Source: a virus
Virus genome (UHGV): UHGV-0278151
Direction: 5' to 3' (one strand)
Length of the DNA: 20,723 nucleotides
Shown: piece after piece, positions 13,649-18,247 of the stretch
Position numbering within the stretch: position 1 is the first letter of the stretch
How the letters are laid out: each line of letters opens with the position of its first letter
The notes under the pieces: model-generated
What the model saw: the letters and a program-made list of their open reading frames with translations, nothing else
Database searches by the model: none
Told to the model about the DNA's origin: nothing
Translations under genes and position numbers: made by a program

Positions 13649-13760
13649 GTCCGACATGAAAGTGTCCGAAAATGACTTTTTCAGGCGTTTTCATGTCGGA
13701 CCTTTTACGGATTCGATATTAGAAAAAACAAATAGTTATGTTCGAGAAGTACCGACATGA
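13649..13760 (-). promoter_or_regulatory. cosB-like region: three CATGTCGG(A/T)C repeats, presumed small-terminase binding sites
   Basis: Plus strand has gtCCGACATGAa at 13649-13660, tTCATGTCGGacc at 13690-13702 (inverted) and gtaCCGACATGAt at 13749-13760. They lie between cosN and the Nu1 start, where lambda has R3-I1-R2-R1. The motif differs from the lambda CGTTTCC-type R sites. Confidence 0.7.
13726..13738 (+). promoter_or_regulatory. Possible IHF site (I1 analogue) between cosB repeats
   Basis: AAACAAATAGTTA follows an A-tract. It has one mismatch to WATCAANNNNTTR and sits between the outer and middle repeats, like lambda I1. Confidence 0.35.
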
Positions 13761-13799
13761 TTTTCCCCGGAAAATTTTCATAAATAGCGAAAACCCGCG

Positions 13800-13811
13800 C
13801 GCCTGCCGCCC
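13800..13811 (-). other. cosN cohesive-end 12-mer candidate (GGGCGGCAGGCG on the minus strand)
   Basis: The minus strand reads ACG GGGCGGCAGGCG CGCGGGTTTTCGCTATTTATGAAAATTTTCCGG. Both flanks are identical to the lambda left end as I remember it (ACG GGGCGGCGACCT CGCGGGTTTTCGCTATTTATGAAAATTTTCCGG). The 12-mer differs at 4 of its last 5 positions. Confidence 0.7.
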
Positions 13812-14164
13812 CGTGGAAGGCCTCCCCACCGGAAGGACCCACACAAATGAGAGCGTTTATCATTAACATTTGCAGATAAGATGACGTACATCATTGAAAC
13901 GCCATTCAGCCATATACCGGCAGCATTCGTAGTTGCACTCCGTAACTCTGCGACTAAGGTTAAAAACATGGCCCTCTTTTGCCACCGGCAAATCTTCAAT
14001 GGATTTCCCCTGCCGGTTTTTTATTTTCGTCGATGCATAACATTGCATTTACATCAATAGCGGCTATTGTCATTAGTATGTTGCATCAATGCATGGGTGG
14101 TATTGGCGGTCTTCGCCGGCCGCTTCTGTGTAGCTGCTCCCTGTGACCGGTTTTTTATTTCTCA

Positions 14165-14203
14165 CATTACAGCAACCCCTTAGAGTGAAGGGCTGCTGTA
14201 ATG
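14165..14203. other. Long imperfect hairpin (10 bp + 5 bp stem, 6-nt loop) with no adjacent U-tract
   Basis: cattacagca-ac-ccctt agagtg aaggg-c-tgctgtaatg. Neither strand has a T-run immediately 3' of it, so it is not a canonical intrinsic terminator. Confidence 0.6.
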
Positions 14204-14228
14204 CCTGTTACTCAGTAACTACCGCACC

Positions 14229-14537
14229 TTACGGTAATTTCATGAAGGCAAATACCGGACAGCCCGGATGACGAGCATCTTCTGTTGCTTCCAGCATTGA
14301 CTCACCAAACCACTCCGTCGTGGCGCGACCGTCAGCTGCTTTGTAGTGGATCAAGTACTGGTTTTCGCCATCCGCATACTGCGCACGGGCTTTAACCTCA
14401 CCCCATTCATCACTGATGCGCATCTCCACCAGTTGAGACAACTCAAACTTAAACGGAGCAGCATCAGCACCAATTACAATCGGTTTGTTTTCTGTTTTTC
14501 CATCATCGTCTCCTGATATCGAAGCCCGTCGCCGCAC
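14229..14537 (-). CDS. Hypothetical protein, start unresolved (probable frameshift relative to its own SD and ATG)
   Basis: The open frame ...KTENKPIVIGADAAPFKFELSQLVEMRISDEWGEVKARAQYADGENQYLIHYKAADGRATTEWFGESMLEATEDARHPGCPVFAFMKLP has no family I recognise. The only strong SD (AGGAGA, 14509-14514) serves ATG ATG at 14506-14501, which is in a different frame and stops after 10 codons. Confidence 0.5.
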   Translation of the reverse strand: MRRRASISGDDDGKTENKPIVIGADAAPFKFELSQLVEMRISDEWGEVKARAQYADGENQYLIHYKAADGRATTEWFGESMLEATEDARHPGCPVFAFMKLP

Positions 14538-14677
14538 CGGGCACTGATCAACATTTGAGTATTCGCGGCGACAGAAAGAATTTATTTTATTGAATAGCCA
14601 CTAACACAGAATTTCATGCTTTCCGGACGCTGGCGCGCCCTTCATTTTTCAGCAAAATATTCCGCTATTACAGATGA

Positions 14678-14860
14678 TCAGTTCTGCAGACACTGCCGAA
14701 CGCCATCGATAAGCTGGCAGACCTGAGAAGCCGTATCGAAAAGCTGGCGCGCCTTATCCAGGCTGACGCATCCCACCAATAAAAAAGGCACCAGTATCGC
14801 TACCAGTGCCCATTTCGCCGCCGTTCGCGGCATTCTGTGTGTCCAGTGTTTTCTGCTCAT
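14678..14860 (-). CDS. Small lipoprotein at the end of the lysis cassette (60 aa; spanin-slot protein of unknown type)
   Basis: MSRKHWTHRMPRTAAKWALVAILVPFLLVGCVSLDKARQLFDTASQVCQLIDGVRQCLQN. It has a basic N-region, a hydrophobic core and a lipobox L-V-G-C. AGGTG lies 5 nt upstream of the ATG at 14860. The mature peptide is about 29 aa with 3 Cys. Confidence 0.7.
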   Translation of the reverse strand: MSRKHWTHRMPRTAAKWALVAILVPFLLVGCVSLDKARQLFDTASQVCQLIDGVRQCLQN

Positions 14861-14874
14861 AACACACCTGGTTA

Positions 14875-15255
14875 TCAGCGTTTCAACTGAAAGTGAGGCC
14901 CGTCTTTCAGTGTTTTCCAGTCCCCACCCCATTCGATGGCAGTTCCCAGCTCTGCGGCAGCCTGCTTAAATGCCTGCGCGATTTTCTCGTACAGAGGCCA
15001 GTCCCATGACACCTGGCTGCCAATGTAGGCCACAACATCCACCGCATCACCTGTAAGGTGGCGGCTGTTCATGGTCTGGCTTTTCCCTGCCGCTACCAGC
15101 TGTTTCTGGCGATACTTACTGCGCAGACCTTCCGTGATACCAAAATCAACCTCCGTCAGCTCCAGCGCACGGCGAACGACAGCAACCAGCTGTGGTTTGA
15201 CGCCCTCCAGATTTTTTTCACTGCGACGGCTGAATCTGAATTTACCCGGCATCAT
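14875..15255 (-). CDS. Endolysin, peptidase M15 family (VanY / L-alanyl-D-glutamate peptidase-like)
   Basis: MMPGKFRFSRRSEKNLEGVKPQLVAVVRRALELTEVDFGITEGLRSKYRQKQLV...SRHLTGDAVDV...DGPHFQL carries the H-x6-D and C-terminal H zinc-ligand pattern of M15 peptidases. GAGG lies 5 nt upstream of the ATG at 15255, and the gene follows the holin genes. Confidence 0.8.
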   Translation of the reverse strand: MMPGKFRFSRRSEKNLEGVKPQLVAVVRRALELTEVDFGITEGLRSKYRQKQLVAAGKSQTMNSRHLTGDAVDVVAYIGSQVSWDWPLYEKIAQAFKQAAAELGTAIEWGGDWKTLKDGPHFQLKR

Positions 15256-15257
15256 AT

Positions 15258-15533
15258 TCACCTCAACAATGGAAAGATTTTTGTGACGTTCCCGCGTGCG
15301 CGTATCACCAGCACGCAGAACAGCAGGTTAAAAAACACTTCCAGCCAGCCCGTTGCTAACGGGCGACCACACAGATAGCTGAGGGGCGCAAAGGCATACA
15401 GCAGCATCAGCAGCCAGGCCAGCCATGACATCAGCGGTTTGTGTCTGGAGTCACGACGACGATAAAAAAAGAGCGTCAGCACGATAACCGTGCATAACGC
15501 CACATTCAGTAATCCGGGAAGGTTACTTAACAT
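15258..15533 (-). CDS. Holin-like small membrane protein (about 3 TM, 91 aa)
   Basis: MLSNLPGLLNVALCTVIVLTLFFYRRRDSRHKPLMSWLAWLLMLLYAFAPLSYLCGRPLATGWLEVFFNLLFCVLVIRARGNVTKIFPLLR has three hydrophobic segments and a charged C-terminus. A GGAGGAGG SD is present, and the gene is translationally coupled to its neighbours directly upstream of the endolysin. Confidence 0.7.
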   Translation of the reverse strand: MLSNLPGLLNVALCTVIVLTLFFYRRRDSRHKPLMSWLAWLLMLLYAFAPLSYLCGRPLATGWLEVFFNLLFCVLVIRARGNVTKIFPLLR

Positions 15534-15915
15534 TGCCGCCTCCTCCGCCCCGCAGGCGCGAGAACAGGCCGGACACCAGTGATGCGATATCCTGCTGGTG
15601 GATGAACGACAGAATCTTCACCGACACCACCGCCACCAGCACCGCACACAGTGCATCCGCAGATGTACCGTCATAACCTGTTTTTGATGCAATCCAGGCT
15701 GACAGTACACGCGCCCCCAGTACACCAACAATGAACGACACCAGAAAATGTGCCGCCACACGCCAGGCTGAAATCTTCTGCGGCATCGTTGCCACAAACA
15801 ACGCCCCGGCGAACGCACCAAACACAATCCCGAAATCCGTTCCGGTAAACAGCCCGAATACCGTCGCCCCGCCGAGCGCCGCAGCCGTGCCGGAACCGGA
15901 TAAGGGTTCAGACAT
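15523..15915 (-). CDS. Holin/antiholin-like membrane protein (130 aa, Gly/Ala-rich TM segments)
   Basis: MSEPLSGSGTAAALGGATVFGLFTGTDFGIVFGAFAGALFVATMPQKISAWRVAAHFLVSFIVGVLGARVLSAWIASKTGY... AGGAGA lies 6 nt upstream of the ATG at 15915. It is the first gene of the lysis cassette and resembles LydA-type holins in composition. Confidence 0.65.
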   Translation of the reverse strand: MSEPLSGSGTAAALGGATVFGLFTGTDFGIVFGAFAGALFVATMPQKISAWRVAAHFLVSFIVGVLGARVLSAWIASKTGYDGTSADALCAVLVAVVSVKILSFIHQQDIASLVSGLFSRLRGGGGGNVK

Positions 15916-15930
15916 ACTTTTTCTCCTGTA

Positions 15931-15955
15931 AATAAAAAAGGGCCACCAACGGCCC
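15931..15955 (-). terminator. Rho-independent terminator between the TerB module and the holin
   Basis: The minus strand reads GGGCC gttggt GGCCC TTTTTTATTT, and a second hairpin (AAAGGCA-8nt-TGCCTTT, 15972-15993) lies just upstream. Confidence 0.8.
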
Positions 15956-16002
15956 ATAAAAACACCCCATCAAAGGCACCCGCAGATGCCTTTTGTGTGG
16001 TG

Positions 16003-16155
16003 TTATTCAGATTTACGCAGTAAAGGCCGGAGCACGACCAGCGCCATCGCCACCAGCACACCATCTGCCAGCACCGACATCAGCCGTCCGGTGAAATCCA
16101 CCACCACTACCAGAAACAGCAGGATGGCAGCCAGCACAAGGCGCGCACTTTTCAC
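16003..16155 (-). CDS. Small two-TM membrane protein (50 aa) translationally coupled to the TerB-like gene
   Basis: It is not in the ORF track (under 60 aa). The GTG at 16155 overlaps the TerB-like stop (CTGTGA), with GGAG 8 nt upstream. The product is VKSARLVLAAILLFLVVVVDFTGRLMSVLADGVLVAMALVVLRPLLRKSE*, with two clear hydrophobic helices and a basic tail. Confidence 0.55.
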   Translation of the reverse strand: MKSARLVLAAILLFLVVVVDFTGRLMSVLADGVLVAMALVVLRPLLRKSE

Positions 16156-16577
16156 AGGTACTGCTCCAGCGGCAACTGCAACGCCTGTGCAATTTTCTTG
16201 AGCTGCACTTCTTCATCAGGACCGATGCCGTCCTGGTCAGCAATATCCAGACACAGACACAGCACGTTAACTGCATCATCAGTACCGGCAACATCAGCCA
16301 GCTGACGAAGGGCTTCGGCATTGGCAGAACGCGGTGACGCTTCATAACGGGCGCGGATATTTGCACTCATTTGTGCAATCTCACCCGAGAACGGCGCAAA
16401 GGCAGGAAGTGCTGCAATGGTTTTCTCCAGCACAGCGATTTCTTTCGCATCACAGGTGCCGTCGGCGAATGCTATGGAATACGCACCCCAGACGGTCGCC
16501 TCCACTGCATCGCGGTTCTCCATCTTCTTCACTTCGGTAATGGCCTTGCGGGTTTTCTTTTTGAAAATACCAAACAT
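16152..16577 (-). CDS. TerB-like (tellurite-resistance TerB fold) protein
   Basis: 141 aa, MFGIFKKKTRKAITEV...GAYSIAFADGTCDAKEIAVLEKTI...LCLCLDIADQDGIGPDEEVQLKKIAQALQLPLEQYL. It has the two A-x-ADG-x-x-D/E-x-x-E repeats and the N-terminal MSFF/MFGIF-K motif of TerB. An AAGGA SD precedes the ATG at 16577. Confidence 0.7.
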   Translation of the reverse strand: MFGIFKKKTRKAITEVKKMENRDAVEATVWGAYSIAFADGTCDAKEIAVLEKTIAALPAFAPFSGEIAQMSANIRARYEASPRSANAEALRQLADVAGTDDAVNVLCLCLDIADQDGIGPDEEVQLKKIAQALQLPLEQYL

Positions 16578-16596
16578 CGTGACTTTTCCTTTTAGT

Positions 16597-16681
16597 GGGT
16601 GAGCCTGCGCCCGGGGGTGACCAGCCCACAGAGAAAGTCACACTGACCATCCCGTAAGCTCACCCCTGAAAGGCTCTGTGG
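16597..16681 (-). promoter_or_regulatory. Structured 5' leader of the TerB-like gene (two interleaved 8-bp GC-rich helices)
   Basis: Helix A pairs 16626-16633 (ccacagag) with 16674-16681 (ctctgtgg). Helix B pairs 16597-16604 (gggtgagc) with 16658-16665 (gctcaccc). The arms interleave (B-left, A-left, B-right, A-right), so they form either a pseudoknot or mutually exclusive folds. They end about 10 nt from the SD. Confidence 0.5.
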
Positions 16682-16788
16682 TTTTTGATGTGCGCCGGGC
16701 GTGGCGCAAAGAAATGAAATAAGACTTACCTGAAATTAAGGTTAATCTGAGGATTTAAACCATTTTTAAAGCTTAGTAATATCAACTC

Positions 16789-16867
16789 GTCTCCTGAAGG
16801 AGACAGATACTTATGATTCTTCATGGACTTTGTCCCGCGGCGTTAATCCGACGGCCGCGCTTTTTTT
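16789..16867 (+). ncRNA. Candidate plus-strand small RNA (about 80 nt) antisense to the late-operon direction
   Basis: TTTAAA (16754-16759), a 17-nt spacer and TAATAT (16777-16782) form a promoter-like signal. The predicted transcript has a 5' hairpin GTCTCC-tgaa-GGAGAC (16789-16804) and a terminator CGCGGC-12nt-GCCGCG-C-TTTTTTT (16836-16867). Confidence 0.45.
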
Positions 16868-16902
16868 GCGCCATATTCATCGCTAACTTACATGGCATTG
16901 CC

Positions 16903-16937
16903 ACACGGGCATTATCAGTGTCCGTGTTTCTTTTTTT
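16903..16937 (+). terminator. Second plus-strand intrinsic terminator
   Basis: ACACGG-13nt-CCGTGT followed by TTCTTTTTTT. Confidence 0.6.
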
Positions 16938-16949
16938 AGGATTCAGAAT

Positions 16950-16974
16950 AAAAAAAACCGCCCGGTGGAGGCGG
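16950..16974 (-). terminator. Minus-strand intrinsic terminator downstream of the tRNA-like gene
   Basis: The minus strand reads CCGCC-tccaccg-GGCGG followed by TTTTTTTT. It is convergent with the two plus-strand terminators. Confidence 0.75.
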
Positions 16975-17242
16975 TAAAGGATGTATTTCCAGGTTTTGCT
17001 TAATATATGAATAATCTCAATGTCATGGTGTTATTTACAACACCAGAATGATGCATCACCGACCCTGCCAGGAAATATAAAATCTCCGCCGAAAATGCAC
17101 CATTCTGCTGCCGTAAAAAAATCAGCACTGCGGCTACACCCGACCCCAAATCATAGCCAGAGAACAGAATGTTTTTAACAATCTACCCCCACGTAATAAA
17201 AAAATACGTCAGTGCCGTCACTATAAGGCGTATTTCAAATGT

Positions 17243-17318
<76 letters not shown>

Positions 17319-17446
17319 TTTTATTGCCACATCCGTAACAACAGTCGACAGGAATAATATACATTCAGAATCAGCCGCCTTAGCTAATTGTGCAACCATC
17401 TGCTCTTTGCAAGTGCACTTAACGTCCTGCGCCACTTTTCAGGCAT

Positions 17447-17469
17447 AAAAAAACCCGCTCAGTGGCGGG
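17447..17469 (-). terminator. Intrinsic terminator (copy A of a 25-bp repeated terminator)
   Basis: The minus strand reads CCCGC-cactga-GCGGG-TTTTTTT. A second 8-bp hairpin (AAGGCACC-attaa-GGTGCCTT, 17490-17510) lies just upstream on the same transcript. Confidence 0.75.
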
Positions 17470-17482
17470 ATCTTTTGATAAA

Positions 17483-17594
17483 AACGACAAAGGCACCATT
17501 AAGGTGCCTTTTACACAGGGGCAGCAGGCTTGTCATCACCTCATCGCTACTCCTGGCTTCCTGTTCGGAAGTCTCACAAGTCCCATCAGGGTAC
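17483..17594 (-). ncRNA. Candidate small RNA (about 85-145 nt) from the TTGACA/GATACT promoter to the tandem terminators
   Basis: The predicted start is near 17594. The transcript has an internal hairpin CTTCC-gaaca-GGAAG, then the 17510-17490 hairpin with a U-rich tail, then the 17469-17447 terminator. There is no convincing ORF, only ATG AGG TGA and a 25-codon frame with a poor SD. Confidence 0.4.
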
Positions 17595-17600
17595 AGCGAC

Positions 17601-17629
17601 AGTATCAGCCAACACACTATGTGTGTCAA
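17601..17629 (-). promoter_or_regulatory. Strong sigma70-type promoter TTGACA-17-GATACT
   Basis: The minus strand reads TATA TTGACA cacatagtgtgttggct GATACT gtcgctg. The hexamers are those of lambda pL. The spacer contains the inverted repeat ACACAC-tat-GTGTGT. A perfect palindrome ATCGAATTCGAT (17641-17652) and a 10-bp hairpin lie upstream. Confidence 0.6.
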
Positions 17630-17664
17630 TATAAATTCATATCGAATTCGATAATCGTTTTCGA

Positions 17665-18066
17665 TTATCGATACAGATAAGCCATCCCTATCCCGTGCAA
17701 TACCGCCCGTTTAATATTCTCAAACTCATCTTCCGCAATCATAGGAACAATATAATTTCGTCCCTCCCAGGTTCTGGTTTTTATGCGATCCAGTCGGCTC
17801 AATGAAACCGTCATCAACATGTCACATTTTACCCAGCAAGTAATATGCTCATTACCAGGTATGGGGTTTTCTGATAACTCATGATGGCAATCTCTGCGAG
17901 GGAGCGGTTCAGTAGTGCTTATTGGTACCACTGTTACCAATTGATTGTTGTGCCTGTTTCTGGACACGACCACCACTGGCCTGACCTTGACTATTTCCGG
18001 AACAACCATTCCCCGAAAATCACACATTAAAACAGAACGAACAGACGGCTGATACTTTAATACCAT
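17665..18066 (-). CDS. PemK/MazF-fold toxin-like protein (YifN-like), with no adjacent antitoxin gene
   Basis: 133 aa from the ATG at 18066: MVLKYQPSVRSVLMCDFRGMVVPEIVKVRPVVVVSRNRHNNQLVTVVPISTTEPLPRRDCHHEL...WVKCDMLMTVSLSRLDRIK. This is the MazF/PemK signature (G/S-x-L-x-x-DF ... E-x-x-K-x-RP-x-VV-S ... V-x-VVP-x-ST ... D-x-x-x-TV). The SD is weak (AAGAGA). Confidence 0.7.
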   Translation of the reverse strand: MVLKYQPSVRSVLMCDFRGMVVPEIVKVRPVVVVSRNRHNNQLVTVVPISTTEPLPRRDCHHELSENPIPGNEHITCWVKCDMLMTVSLSRLDRIKTRTWEGRNYIVPMIAEDEFENIKRAVLHGIGMAYLYR

Positions 18067-18170
18067 AAATCTCTTTGCCTGATAATGACGACTTGTGAAC
18101 TCCACTACAAACAAAATGATTCTGCTGAACAGGCAGTTTCGCACTATACATTATAACCTGTTAAGCCAAC

Positions 18171-18193
18171 AAAAAAACCCGCTCGGCGGCGGG
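18171..18193 (-). terminator. Intrinsic terminator (copy B); candidate tR' about 50-70 nt downstream of the candidate late promoter
   Basis: The minus strand reads CCCGC-cgccga-GCGGG-TTTTTTT. It matches copy A at 17447-17469 in 23 of 25 positions, and the two differences lie in the loop. Confidence 0.75.
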
Positions 18194-18247
18194 ATTTGCT
18201 TACTTTGCCATCGAGTACAAAATCGGCAAAATATCAGATTTGCACGA

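Noticed and set aside
13778-13999. 73-aa minus-strand ORF spanning the cos region
   Set aside because: It runs through cosN and its flanks, has no SD, and has a low-complexity Arg/Gly tail, so it is implausible as a gene.
13863-14048. 61-aa Cys-rich minus-strand ORF (MQCYASTKIKNRQGKS...CNYECCRYMAEWRFNDVRHLICKC) and an overlapping 53-aa plus-strand ORF (13891-14052)
   Set aside because: Neither has a recognisable SD, they overlap each other, and I recognise no homology. I kept the region as a structured non-coding finding, although a small protein cannot be excluded.
15618-16366. ORFs 15618-16064 (148 aa) and 16013-16366 (117 aa) overlapping the holin and TerB-like genes out of frame
   Set aside because: They give Arg/Cys/Trp-rich translations, with no start context. 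The alternative frames give a clean membrane protein and a TerB fold respectively.
16813-16977. 54-codon plus-strand ORF (MILHGLCPAALIRRPRFFCAIFIANLHG...) as a possible type I toxin, with its SD buried in the 16789-16804 hairpin
   Set aside because: The frame reads straight through two intrinsic terminators. It is only weakly hydrophobic, and the SD-to-ATG spacing is long (10 nt). An untranslated sRNA explains the signals better.
18020-18151. 43-codon minus-strand frame (MYSAKLPVQQNHFVCSGVHKSS...) upstream of and overlapping the PemK-like start, considered as an antitoxin
   Set aside because: Its ATG lies inside the TATAAT -10 element, so it would not be on the transcript from that promoter. 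It has only an AGG as SD and no antitoxin-like DNA-binding fold features.
17447-18193. The two 25-bp repeat copies considered as terminal repeats of an IS or MITE
   Set aside because: They are direct, not inverted. They are simply GC-stem/T7 terminators, and no transposase or target-site duplication is evident. I kept them only as a possible insertion/duplication footprint.
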